From contig NC_042999.1 of the NCBI RefSeq assembly GCF_006345805.1, positions 52,204,001-52,268,000 of the forward strand: a stretch of DNA of 64,000 nt, read 5' to 3'. Origin of the DNA: Octopus sinensis (lineage: Eukaryota). Positions 1 through 11,998 of the stretch are shown one piece after another (position 1 is the first letter of the stretch; every line of letters begins with the position of its first letter). The translations under genes were made by a program, and so were the position numbers. The notes under the pieces are model-generated. The model ran no database searches. It was not told the origin of the DNA and was given only the letters and a program-made list of their open reading frames with translations.

Positions 1-80
1 CAGTTACGCACTGGGTTGATATAATCGACTTAATCCGTTTGTCTGTCCTTGTTTGTCGCTTCTGTGTTTAGCCCTTGTTG
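1..80 (+). mobile_element. SINE family A, 3' part (truncated by window start)
   Basis: cagttacgcactggg..gatataatcgacttaatccgtttgtctgtccttgtttgtc is the reverse complement of the family-A body at 19531-19749 and 30000-30217. Confidence 0.8.
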
Positions 81-195
81 ATAGTAAAGAAATAGGTACA
101 TTAATGACAGCTGGTCATTAACGTACCAGCTGTTCACTCCCCGAAAACAGAGGCCATCGTGTTCTTTTCAAATCTCAACAATTTGTGAGACTTCG

Positions 196-870
196 TTGTA
201 CTGCCATGTAATTCTGCTAGCTTTTTTTCCAGTCGAGTTCCTTTGTTTGCTAACTGTATTTAAGGAACTAAAAATAATTGACACAGCATATACCTTTTTC
301 ATTGACAATATCTTTTATAATTATCTTTTCAAAACCTCATATCTCGTAAGTTTTTCTGCCTCTCTTCTGGCGATTCTCTTCTCCACAGTGCACGCTATGT
401 CTATGATCAGGCACTATTTCCCCCTTAGTACAATATCAGGTTTTCTATGCTCAGTCCCTTGGCTCCAATGTATCATGAACTCAAAAGAAATCTTTGCTCT
501 GTCATTTTCTAACACATCCTTTCTCTCATGTTCAACCACTTTCTCTCCTTTTCTAATCGAAACTCGTTACATAGTTCCAAATGAACCATTCTAGAAACAT
601 TACCATGTCTTCTCTTGTATTCTCGTTGAGCCAATTTGCTACATCAATTAAAATATGCCAGTCTGGTTCCCCAGTTTCACCACGCATTCCGCATTTGTCA
701 GATTTTCAGGAATGGTTAATTCTGTGCTTAATGTAGTGTGCCCCCCAACTATTGTTCTTCTCCTCTACATATCAAGGTCTCCGTTCATCTTGTCCTGGTC
801 GCTTTCCGTATATAACAAACCAGTCTTCTTTACTGCACCAGTTGAGCTTCCTTAAAATTTTTTATATACC
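196..870 (-). pseudogene. Decayed 3' end of an REL-type (R4/Dong-like) non-LTR retrotransposon
   Basis: Manual minus-strand translation of about 305-480 gives EHRKPDIVLRGK*CLIIDIACTVEKRIARREAEKLTRYEVLKR*, matching the PD..D..EK..KY restriction-like endonuclease signature; in-frame stops present. Confidence 0.8.
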
Positions 871-884
871 AAACAATATTGTTT

Positions 885-990
885 TCCCGCTGAATACACT
901 CCTCACAAATTATCAATGAAAGAGCCTTGGATTTGGGTTAGAAACCGATACTTTCTCTATTAGCAAGAAATCTTGAAATTAACTGAATAC
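885..990 (-). repeat. Unclassified ~105-bp interspersed repeat (family D)
   Basis: Similar to 27245-27345, 27742-27845 and 53220-53320 (aatagagaaag..ggtttctaacc..atccaagg core). Confidence 0.65.
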
Positions 991-1877
991 TGACATATAT
1001 ACATACACTAAAATTCGAGAACAAAATATGACGCAGAGGAGAATTTGGTGTGCAATTAATCTGGCTGGCTCTCAAAATATTAAAAGACAATGTGTACAAC
1101 ACCACATTGAACTACCTTTGGTGTTCCCTCCAATCCTTCAACATCAGGCAAAATAAATGTGCACCAGCGTATTAGATGTATAGGAGAAAAACATTACCAG
1201 AAAAAATATATTCCTATACGCCAAATACTCAAACCATTATATAAGGCTCGACTAAACTCCTCTGTGTCTTCGTTGTGACTAGGGTTAAGAAAATAAAAAG
1301 AATCTGCATCTTAAAAAGATCAGAATTCTGAAAAGTAACACCGCCATTTGAGTTTCTCGGCATAAAGATATAAAGGAATGGTTACATCATAACGATTCCC
1401 TGTGGTGTGTTGTACAAGTGAAACGTGTAGGTACCTAAATGTCAGGATTGGGAACCATGAAAATTATTTAATGAAAGAGAGACATACAGTAAATCATGTA
1501 GTGTATCCTCATTGAAAAATTATCTCGATTTGTAGTTTGTAAAATGAAAGCTGTCATATGTCTCTCTATAATAAGGAAATGATATAAATGCTGGTTGTTT
1601 GGCTGTTAAATTCCTCTTGTCACAAGTTAAATCGTATAGAGAAACGAAGGAGAAAGAAACAAAAAAAAAGACCTAGGAGTTTACATAAGAGGAACAGATG
1701 AATGCACACACTAGGCTTGATGGCAGGTAATGAGTAAAAGAATGCTATACCCATATCCGCACGCACTGAGAGAGAAAATAATCATAGAGACAAACAAGGA
1801 GCGGGAGTAAATGAAAAAGGAGTTACAGGAGGAGTTATACAAATGAAAAATAAATTGTTTTCCGTCGACAGAAACGT

Positions 1878-2095
1878 ATAGGTTTCAAATGTTGGTACAA
1901 GGCCAGCAATTTCGGCGGAAGGGGTTAGTTGATTATATCGAGTCCAGAGCTCCAATGATCTTATTTGATCGGCCCTAAAAGGATGAATCGCAAGATCAAC
2001 GTCCGCAGAATTTCAACTTCGAATGTAAAGATGGACGAAACACCGCTAAGCATTTTGTCCGGGCGTGCTAACGATTCTGCTAGCGAACTGCCTTT
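1878..2095 (-). mobile_element. Diverged SINE family A copy
   Basis: aaaggatgaa..gcagaattt..ccgctaagcatttgtccgggcgtgctaacgattctgctagc aligns by eye to the family-A head and core. Confidence 0.7.
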
Positions 2096-2780
2096 GGAAT
2101 CAATTTAATATTTCTAAAAATATCTTGGCTTTAAATGAGGTTGTAAGAACAGAATGAATATGGTGCAATAAATTACTGGTACATAGATGAATCGACCACT
2201 TTTCAAGTAGATCTTGTGAAGAAGAAAAAACTTGATTTTTATGTCATGTTTTTATAAGAAGTGCATGCCTTTTGGGGAAAAGTATAATATTTCATATATA
2301 GAAATTATCTATGAAAATCCAGTGAAAATATCGAAACGTTGGATAGCCATGCAATGTGTATAACAGAAAGTTTAATAAATATCAAAATCGCCATTTATTT
2401 TACAGTCGTAGCTTCGACAAAAAATCAATAAAAAATCTTGTCATTCTGATAATTGATAGTGTATCTCGACAATTGCAAGGGAAGATTGTGGTAATTATCA
2501 TCGAAATTCGAGAAAGAATCGAGAATTTGGTAGAGAGTTTATTTATGTGACAAATATATTGATTCTTCATCTAAACAGCAATTAAAGTCTAGAATTAATG
2601 AAGAGATTTATCTTCAGGAAATTTCAGTGTGCCACGTCTTTGGAATTTAAATGTCTGGCAACAAAAAAGAAGGAAAGTAGTCACTTCGCATCCGTGTCAC
2701 ATGTTCAGAGAGAAACATTTCACCGTCCAAATACTCGATATTCGGTTTAAATAATAATCAATAAAATATCGAGCAATATA

Positions 2781-2803
2781 TATATATATGTTGTTGTCTT
2801 ACC

Positions 2804-2879
<76 letters not shown>

Positions 2880-2972
2880 CACACATATATATGTGCATAT
2901 ATATATATAATATACATATACATATATGTACATATATATACATACACACACACATATATATATACATGTATA

Positions 2973-3010
<38 letters not shown>

Positions 3011-3122
3011 TATATATACATATATATACATACATATCTATGTACACATAAATATATATACGTATGTATATATATATATATACATATACATATATACATA
3101 TATATAAACATGTATATGTATG
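2781..3122. repeat. (TA)n with degenerate (TATG)/(CA) microsatellite
   Basis: Directly visible. Confidence 0.95.
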
Positions 3123-3134
3123 TATCTCTGAGTT

Positions 3135-3325
3135 TATCCTACAGTACCGCATCACAACCGTTGTTGGTGTACTTACGTCCCCGTAACCTAGCGGTTCAGG
3201 GAAAGAGGTCGATGGAATAAGTATCAATTTAAAAAAATAAATACTAGGCTCGATTTCTTTAACTAAAAGCACATGATGGCGAGACCCCTTCATGGCCGCA
3301 GTCAAATGACTGAAACGAGTATAAA
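3135..3325 (+). mobile_element. SINE family B, 3' part
   Basis: tacgtccccgtaacctagcggttc..catggccgcagtcaaatgactgaaac is the reverse complement of 13930-14100. Confidence 0.7.
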
Positions 3326-4320
3326 ATAAAAGGAAACCTCCCCCCTCTCTCTTTCATATACACACACATGCACGTATAAGTATGTATATATATATATATG
3401 TTATATGCCCATAAACATACATATTTAAGTTTGTGTATGTATAATTTGTATAAAAATAATAAATAGCAAAGTAACGTACGACCATGCAGCCACATGCACA
3501 TGCGCATTCAGTTAAATAAATTTACTCAATATTTTGAAATAAATTTTTTGAAACTGTTCACTAGTAAATGTCAGATGAAAGATAGTTGCTATTCAGAGAT
3601 AATTTGAGCTGCAAGCGGGGAAACTGCTGGAGTTTTCCTCATATCTCATTAGTGCTTCAGTAAATTAAGCCATAAGAAACCAATAATTTTTTTTTTTCCC
3701 AGTCAATTACTCGAATTTAACAAAACTTTCATTCAAGAAACAAAATCATGTTTGAAATGAAGATTTTATCTCCTCGCAGATAGTATAACTCAAGACTGTT
3801 AACATACTTATAAGGTAATATATATCTCCACTTCAAAGTAAATGTTGTGTTAAATCACAAAAGACTGCAATAGTTACCGGGAACGAACCTCTCAAACGGT
3901 TTTGTGGTGCTTATAAGCACTCTTGTTTACATAGCTAGCGGGAGATAAACAACCGCCATCGCTCACCACAAGGACTAACAAATCACGTGATTTTGTATAA
4001 ATATGAGAGCTTCTATGCACCACAAAAATCGTATAAGAAGATCTCTCATGGTAACTATTGCAGTTTCCAGTTTTAAGTGCAGATAAATATCATCTTTTGA
4101 TACTAACAGACCTTCTGTTGCTATAAATTATTTGTCAACACTCTTATATGTAACAATAGTCTGAGATGTGCCATACTGACTTCAGGATTGTACAGGGCCT
4201 GCGAGACTTTTGGATAAATTGGTAGAAATGTATATGGCTCTTCAGAATCAGGGAAGTTACAGAGGACAATAGAATTCGACGTTCTTTTGACACAGTATTT
4301 TAATTAAAATTTAGTTCCTG

Positions 4321-4322
<2 letters not shown>

Positions 4323-4404
<82 letters not shown>

Positions 4405-4612
4405 CATGTGTGTGTGTGTGTGTACGTATGTATGAGGTATGTATGTATGTATGAGGTCTATATATATATATATATGTATATGCGTTTGTGTGTGTGTGTA
4501 TGTGCGTGTGCGTGTGTGTGTGCATGTGTGTGTGCATGTCTGTGTATGTGTGTGTGTGTATGTGTGTGTGTGTGTGTGGTGTGTGTGTGTGCATGTGTGT
4601 GTGTGTGTGTGT
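4323..4612. repeat. Compound (TA)n/(TG)n microsatellite
   Basis: Directly visible. Confidence 0.95.
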
Positions 4613-6022
4613 ATCTTTGCTTGTAACCGCACTTACTTTCGAGAAGCTTAATCTCTCCAGAAAATACTTTGTAGCTTTGAAGTCGATTATTTTGGGTGAC
4701 TTTTTTAACTTTGAGTCGGAAATGAGAAATGTTTAAAGTTTTTCTATTGATAAAATAGTTTTATCTGATAGCTGTTCAATAAACTAGGAAACAAAAACCT
4801 AATTTTGTAGCCCTTTTCATGTTGATATCTCAAAATGTTTTAATTGTATATTTTCATATATATCGTAACAGAACTAAGGGTGATATATTTGTAATAACGT
4901 GATGTGTGAAAAAGAAACAAAAACCCACCCTTTTGAAATATGCAGAAGAGAATACAGGAATTTCTTTATAATCTGAAGTATTTTGCAAATGAAAAGATGT
5001 ATAAGCATTAGCATTTTTATCCCTGATGAAAACAATGAAATTTAAAGAGAGAAACCTGCTATAGCCAATTAATATTAACTCCTGAAAAAAAAAAAAGAAA
5101 AAAAGAAAGCAAATTATCTGTAGATCCAAACAATTGTATTTTGTTGCCAGATAATTTGAGATAGTAAAAAAAGTAGTTTAAAATCCATATTCCCTTCTTC
5201 GTCTTCTCTCTCTTCTTGTCGGGAACTATTGGCCGTAAAGCGATTAAAGCAACGCTAAACAAGGATGCTGCGTTAATCGCAATCGTATTAAATAGAATTA
5301 TTGAAAACGTCAGTTCAGTTCAATATGTAAATATATAATTTCTTTAGTTTGTTTACGTAGTCTTTAAAAATTTAAAATGTTGGAATTCTAAAACAATTAT
5401 CTTTCAATTAGTTAAACAGCCGACCGTCATCAGGTGTCTTATTCCTGAGTGTATTCCTATAACCTACAACAATTACCTGATGGTTCCGTCTTTAGTTTCA
5501 AAATAAAGAATTCACTTTCCAGTTTAGTTCGATACAATCCGGAATGAGATGCCTAATGAAAGCGAATCGAAAAAAAAATCTAAAGGCTATCCACATGTTA
5601 ATAATGAAGAATTTTCAATCCCTAAATTTTGAACAAGTGTTATTATACAAATCACACGCACACACACGTACAGAAAGAGAGAAAGAGAAGGCAACAGAGA
5701 GTGAGAGAGGTAGGGGTTGAGGGAGAGGGAGAGAGCTACATTTAATTAATTAGATTTACGTCTAAGTTTAAAGAATAATGTTTAACGTTTTGTCCGAACG
5801 CAACCGTGAAGGGAGAGAGAATACCTAACAATGTAGACACCAGTATATCACTGGTACATATTTTATCCAAGTTGAAGGCTTTAGTGTGTTTTGAATTTAG
5901 AGCTTTTCTTTGCTCTAAATGAACACCAACATGAGTTCTGTCCAGCACTGTCGGCTTCCTGCCGTTCATCATTTGATTACATGTCATGTGACTCTCTAAC
6001 TTTTCTCTATCTTCTCCTTTAG

Positions 6023-6934
6023 TGACGTCACGGGTTACGTCATTCCTTGTTCTCTCATGTTTTACATATGTTGCGTCCTTAGGTGATGTCCACATTATCG
6101 TCCTCCTTATATTTTACTTTAATGACGTGATGTCCCCACCCTTTCTCACAAGCCATGATTTATCTTCTCGTAAATAGAAACGAAAAGCGATTAGGATCTA
6201 AAGTTTGTCACAAATTCTGGGCCTTACCTTGACTGAGAATCATTCCATCAAACTGAAATCCTCAGTAGGGTGAAAACTGCACCGAAAAATATAAAAGTGA
6301 TATTCTGCAGAATAAAAACGAAAAAAAAATCACTTTAGCCCTAACATCTTGAGAGTGGCTCGTGTTGTGCTACCTGCAGCCACATAATTCTCGCCCATTC
6401 ATCTCGCTTCGTTCTCCCAATCCATTTGTGTCTACCCTCACCTCTTTTCCCCTTGAACTTTATCCGTCATTTTCTCCTCAACTCATATCTTACTCCATAG
6501 CTGTCCTCATGTAGCTATCTAACTTTAGTCCACGTCAACCTCAATGTTTCAGTGAATAAGGGGAAGGTTCCGAGAGAGAAATAAGCACAGACACTAAGAG
6601 AGTAAAAAAAAAGAAACGACCTTACATGACGTCACTATTTTCTCTTGCTTTGGTATTCACCATCTGACGCCACTATTCTTAATTCATTCATTGCAATATG
6701 ACGTCACTAATCTCTCCTACTTTTAACACGATGAAGAAGAGAAAGAAGGATTGAAAGTGCAGTGGGCTAGTTTTTAGTTCTGACCATTTATGTTTCATTC
6801 TACATCAAGTTAATAAAATGAGAATTTAACAGATATTGGACGAGCCGAATATAGCCTTTGTTTGAAATATTTGAGATTTTCTCCCAATCTGAGGGATGGT
6901 ATTTGACTGCACTTTACAGATTTCTGTGACGTCA
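6023..6934. promoter_or_regulatory. Cluster of four perfect CRE palindromes (TGACGTCA); function unproven
   Basis: TGACGTCA at 6023, 6627, 6699 and 6927, plus TTACGTCA at 6035. Confidence 0.35.
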
Positions 6935-7227
6935 CTAACAAGACGTTAATGATTTAAATTATTAATAAATAGGAAAGAATAATATGTGAAGAGAGGTCAG
7001 AGAGTGTAAGTGAAAAGGAGGGAGAGATAGAGAGTGTGAGAGCAGGGGAGATGACTAGGGAAATTGATACAATTACATATATCTGTTGTTTTCTAAATGA
7101 ATGTATCAAAATATAGCGGTAATATCAAATGAATAAGGGTTTTTGTGAGTAGTTCAGAGTCGAGGGTTACTGCTAACACATGAAGTAGCGTTCTATTACT
7201 GCACTCAGGTTTCTGAGTTTTATCAGA

Positions 7228-8067
7228 AGCAGCCATTGTGTAAGACGTTGAGGTGTTCAGAATCATTAAAAAGACTCGATGTTAAAGAGGAAACCGAGAA
7301 GGAGGAAGGGGTGGGTTCAGTTATTGAGAACTTTAATCCCTCTCTGGTCTACGAAACCATTGATGTTATTATTCCAGATTACCAGTAATACCTAGATACT
7401 GATTTAAAAGGGTATACATTTATCTATGAAAGAAATTAACCGCATGCCAGAGAAAATGAGTCAATATTTATATACATTAAACATAAGAATGCTTTGTAAT
7501 AAATACCAAAAGCTGTCTTTGCGATATGGTAATTAATATTCACATCTTAAATATCAATCGGTTTTACTTATAAATTGTTCTTCAATAGTCCTTTTCTTCT
7601 TCTTCTTCTAGTGTTCGTACTCAAATTCCGTTCGATTTACTGCATCTTTCTTCCAATTTCCTTCACTGTCTTTCATAGCTTTCTTTTATTCATCAACAAA
7701 AGTGCTTACCTAATATTTCTTTTTTTCTAACTTCTATCGAAAACCTTTAGATGTTCCGTAAATATCCGGAAATTTGGAGAAGTATCACAATGGCTTCACT
7801 GAAAAACCTATCTCTATTAAATTGCTTTGTTAAGTGGCTGGTTTTATAATTCTACTAAAATACTAGCTTCATTCAATAGTGTGCATTTCCTGCCATATTG
7901 TCTAATGTGCTATTTTTGACATGCATACATTAAACCTGTCGAAGAAATACTGGAATCTGACGCTATTGGAATCATTGTGTAAGACTTTGAGGTGTTCAGA
8001 ACGATTCTAAAGACTTGACGGCAAAGTGGAAATCGAAAAGGGAGAAGGGATGGGTTCAGTTATTGAG
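7228..8067 (+). repeat. Old dispersed duplication of ~100 bp (7228-7328 vs 7971-8067)
   Basis: cattgtgtaagac(g/t)ttgaggtgttcagaa...ggg(g/a)tgggttcagttattgag present twice. Confidence 0.75.
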
Positions 8068-8169
8068 TGAAACTATTTCTAAGAGAATAAAGAGAGAATG
8101 TTAAAGTGCCACTCTCTTTGTTAGAAGATGGATTTCCATTCTTCCATTCTAATGGATATACATATATTT

Positions 8170-8240
8170 GTATTTGATATACATATATATATAAAGAGAG
8201 AGAGAAAGAGAGAGCTAGAGAGAGAAAGCGGGAGAGAAAG

Positions 8241-8333
<93 letters not shown>

Positions 8334-8353
8334 AGAGAGAGAGAGAGAGAGAG

Positions 8354-8390
<37 letters not shown>
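8170..8390. repeat. (TA)n-(GA)n-(GATA)n microsatellite
   Basis: Directly visible. Confidence 0.95.
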
Positions 8391-8392
<2 letters not shown>

Positions 8393-8639
8393 GTATAAGA
8401 AATTATGAAAAACGCAAATTTACATCATTTGTTCCATATGTGTCTGTGTGTGTGTGCGTTTTTATGAGTGTGTATGAGTGTGAATGTGTATGTGGTGCGC
8501 ATGTTTGTGTGTATATGTGTTTGTGTGTATGTGCGTGATACCGTGTATGAAAAGTCAACATACAACTATTTACTGTGACACCTCAGAGATACTTAAGAAA
8601 TTTATAGTCATATGAAACAGTGTCGAATATACTATATAC

Positions 8640-8672
<33 letters not shown>

Positions 8673-8785
8673 TGTATGTATGTATGTATGTATGTATGTA
8701 TGCATGCATGCATGTGTGTATGTATGTATGTATGTATGTATGTATGTATGTATGTATGTATGTATGTATGTATGTATGTATGTAT
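8640..8785. repeat. (TATG)n microsatellite
   Basis: Directly visible. Confidence 0.95.
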
Positions 8786-8872
8786 AGAGTGTTAGGTGTG
8801 ATGTACAGAAATTGAGTATTGAGAAAAAAAAGTCGTCAGAATTTTGGAAAAAAATATTTTGTTTCTTCATTA

Positions 8873-8912
8873 TTATTAGCGCTTTCGTACGTTTCTCGAA
8901 CTCGTCAAATAA
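8873..8912 (-). ncRNA. Degenerate type I hammerhead ribozyme
   Basis: Minus strand reads ttat-TTGACGA-gttcg agaaa cgtac-GAAA-gcgc-TA-ataa: stem I, near-consensus core (C3U), stem II with one mismatch and palindromic stem III. Confidence 0.55.
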
Positions 8913-9396
8913 AATTTTGCGAATGTACAAACAGCTTGTTTATATAAAAGAGATGTCTTTTTTTTTGGGGGGGGGAGGTAGGAGACACCATTGTTTCTGT
9001 TTGTTGGGGGTGAGGTTCCATGACAATGGAGAAGGATAGCTAGAAATATAGGTAGGTAGATAGGCTGATAGATAGATGGATAGCTAGCTAGCTAGATAGA
9101 TAAATAGATATTGTATTGGAATGGGTTTAAGGATGATGGCCTCTTAAAAAAAAAACAAAAAACAGGTGCGGTGTCATTTTGCTTTGTTTCCCTCTTCCCT
9201 TTTCCTTCTTTTTTCCCTCTTTCTTTCTTTTTCTCCTCTTTGATTTATATTTAGAATACAAAGTGTACTGCCTCCGCTTTTCTTTCAAATATTCAATTTT
9301 GGAGAGAATATTTTGATGAAATGTAGTTCTGTATGAAAAAACATTACTATAATATTAGCAAATTAGTTTTTTGTAATTAAATAGATAAAATAAAAA

Positions 9397-9427
<31 letters not shown>

Positions 9428-9428
<1 letters not shown>

Positions 9429-9680
9429 TGGTAAAACGGTAAGATAACAAAAGAAAGAAAGAGACCTCAATATTATGTAAATAGAGGAAATTTATCTATA
9501 CAATAATATGTTACATTACTCGATAGTCAAGATAAAACTCTGAGTTTCAGATGCCGAAGTGGGAATCCACGACATCTCTTCGGTTATCTCCGAAGAGATA
9601 ACCGAAGAGATGTCGTGGATTCCCACTTCGGCATCTGAAACTCAGAGTTTTATCTTGACTATCGAGTAATGTAACATATT

Positions 9681-9688
<8 letters not shown>
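9428..9688. mobile_element. Foldback (tail-to-tail) PLE pseudo-LTR-like element between (TA)n tracts
   Basis: Perfect 94-bp inverted repeat 9497-9590 / 9595-9688 with a CGAA loop; the left arm continues to 9428. Confidence 0.7.
9597..9654 (+). ncRNA. Hammerhead-like fold with variant core (mirror copy on minus strand at 9531-9588)
   Basis: gataa-CCGAAGA-gatgtcg..cggcatc-t-GAAA-ctcagag-TT-ttatc: all three stems pair, but U4C, an extra nucleotide and a GUU site deviate from consensus. Confidence 0.4.
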
Positions 9689-9723
<35 letters not shown>

Positions 9724-9898
9724 ATAAATATTAGGGAATATATCCAAATTTACAGGGAAAAAAATCAGATTTAGGATTAAATCCAATTTTATAGTAAAAT
9801 ATTATAAAATATTATTTGAGACAAAACCACTATTTTGCAAAACAAACAAGGAAAGACTTAATCAATACATAAAATTTAATAAATAGTCAAAAAAACCG

Positions 9899-9941
9899 CC
9901 ACTACAATCGTTTCTTGTCTTGATCGACAATCTTCAGGTGG
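9899..9941 (-). ncRNA. Minimal type I hammerhead ribozyme
   Basis: Reverse complement is ccac-CTGAAGA-ttgtc gatcaa gacaa-GAAA-c gatt g-TA-gtgg: intact CUGANGA/GAAA core and GUA cleavage triplet. Confidence 0.85.
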
Positions 9942-11526
9942 ACTTCCAATCTAAAAAATCAAAATTTTAAAATATAAAAATAATACTTTTAAATAATTAA
10001 AGTATAAATTTTTTTTAAGTAGCGTTGGTTTGCTACGTGGAAATAGTTTTTAGTTCCATTTATTATATTTCTCCATTCATACTATGAATGACGTTTACTT
10101 TCTATGGCGCGTATTCTTTTTTTACATTAGTTATTTCCATGGTAACGTAATTTTGTTTGGTTTTTTAACGGCTAAGAATCTAATTTCACTTCATAATTTG
10201 TAACTGAATTGTAAGTATGTATTTGATTTATCCTTATGTCATAATGTTATTTTTGATATTCTGGTTAATTACGATGTATTTATTGTTGTTTTCATAAGAG
10301 TGTTTATGTATATGAGATTGGTTGTGAGTTTTTAATTGTATAATTAATTTATTTATCTGTATGAGTGTGGGTGTAAATATTGTTGTATATATCGAGTTTT
10401 AGTGAGTATGTATATGCGTATATGTGAGGGAGCATATGTATCTGTTGTGTGTGTGTGTTTTGCGTGTGTGTGTGTTTGTGTGTGAATGTGTATTTGGGTT
10501 TGTTATTTAGGATTTGGGATGTATGTGTTAATTTGTCTGTGTGGGGAGGGAGTGGTTTTTGGTGTATATTGAGGTTTATAAGTTAGTATAGGTTTGTGTA
10601 TAAGTCTTGGGTCTGTGGTTTACGTGTGGGTTTTTTGTGTGTGAATGTTTAGGTTAGGGGGATTGCTATATAAGTTTGTTATAGGGTTTAGTAAAGGGAG
10701 ATTTTATCGTTATATGCTTTTATGAGTTTTGGTTTATCATGATTTTTTAGGTAATTCGTGGTATTTTGTCTATTTTAGTTGTTGGTTATTTTTTTACATT
10801 GTTTCATTCATAATTTTTGAGTGGTGTTCGTTTTGCCACGTGAATAACCGGGTGGTGGACTAGCGTTGCTTGGAATGTGAATGGAATAGTGTAGTAGTGA
10901 GGTAGGCATAGAGAATGGGATTGGGTTACTGCAAGTTGTTTGTTAGAGATGCTAAGGTGTGTTAAAGCTCATAAATGTATATAATGTTTTTTGTGGGTGT
11001 GTAAGTATTGTTGTATATGTCGAGTTTAGTGAGTATGTATAGGCGTATATGTGAGGGAGTATATGTATCTTTTGTGTGTGAGTGTTTTGCGTGTGAGTGT
11101 GTGTTTTGTGTGTGAATGTGTATATGGGTTTGTTATTTAGTTTTGGGATGTATGTGTTAATTTGTCTGTGTGGGGAGGGAGTGGGTTTTGGTGTATATTG
11201 AGGTTTATAAGTTAGTATAGGTATGTGTATAAGTCGTGAGTCTGTGGTTTACGTGTGTGTATTTGTGTGTGAATGTTTAGGTTAGGGGGTTTACTTTATA
11301 GGTTTGTTATAGAGTTTAGCAAAGGGAGATTTTATCGTTATATGTTTTTAAGAGTTTTGTTTTATCATGGTTTTTTTAGGGAATTCGTGGTAATTAGTCT
11401 ATATTTTCGATATGGATTATATATAGGTTATATATGGATTATATACTTATATTTTTTCATTTATACTTTAATTATTTAAAAGTATTATTTTTATATTTTA
11501 AAATTTTGATTTTTTAGATTGGAAGT

Positions 11527-11569
11527 CCACCTGAAGATTGTCGATCAAGACAAGAAACGATTGTAGTGG
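11527..11569 (+). ncRNA. Minimal type I hammerhead ribozyme
   Basis: ccac-CTGAAGA-ttgtc gatcaa gacaa-GAAA-c gatt g-TA-gtgg; identical to the copies at 9899 and 54642. Confidence 0.85.
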
Positions 11570-11656
11570 CGGTTTTTTTTGACTATTTATTAAATTTTAT
11601 GTATTGATTAAGTCTTTCCTTGTTTGTTTTGCAAAATAGTGGTTTTGTCTCAAATA

Positions 11657-11696
<40 letters not shown>

Positions 11697-11698
<2 letters not shown>

Positions 11699-11936
11699 AA
11701 GCTAGAACATCCCACTGCTACACACACACACCGATATGTGACCGCGTGTGTATCGTTGGCGATTTTCTTTCTCCGTCTTTCTTTCCTTGGACCGTTCCTT
11801 TTTCTATGTTTCTGACGAAGAGCTCCGCTCGAAACGTTAAACCCCCCTTCTTTCTTTCCTTTCCTGAGCGTCCAGTAACACTATACTTGTTCCTCATCCT
11901 CGCGTTGTTGTGTTTTCTCTTTGTTCATGTTTGGAC

Positions 11937-11940
<4 letters not shown>
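11697..11940 (+). mobile_element. Solo PLE pseudo-LTR-like remnant between (TA)n tracts
   Basis: Contains a hammerhead-like core; about 245 bp bounded on both sides by (TA)n. Confidence 0.55.
11808..11842 (+). ncRNA. Minimal hammerhead-like motif
   Basis: gttt-CTGACGA-a-gagc tcc gctc-GAAAC-gtt-aaac; stem III is the palindrome AACGTT. Confidence 0.6.

Positions 11941-11998
<58 letters not shown>

Larger units (their letters stand above)
9720..11666 (+). mobile_element. Non-coding Penelope-like (retrozyme-like) element with an inverted 5' terminal copy and a G/T-rich body
   Basis: About 205-bp inverted terminal repeats (9803-10008 / 11460-11666), each containing a hammerhead; internal imperfect duplication (about 10375-10790 vs 11005-11400); flanked by (TA)n; homologous copy at 54553-57256. 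Confidence 0.75.

Noticed and set aside
2747-4736. ORFs of YI/CV/HT repeats here and throughout (for example 8128-8930, 13341-13667, 18127-18767, 34486-34895, 52777-53421)
   Set aside because: They are translations of microsatellites
5395-5436. Hammerhead on the minus strand (CTGATGA..GAAA)
   Set aside because: Stems II and III do not pair
6255-6300. Hammerhead remnant (ggtg-aaaactg-cacc-GAAA)
   Set aside because: The CUGANGA core is absent; too eroded to call
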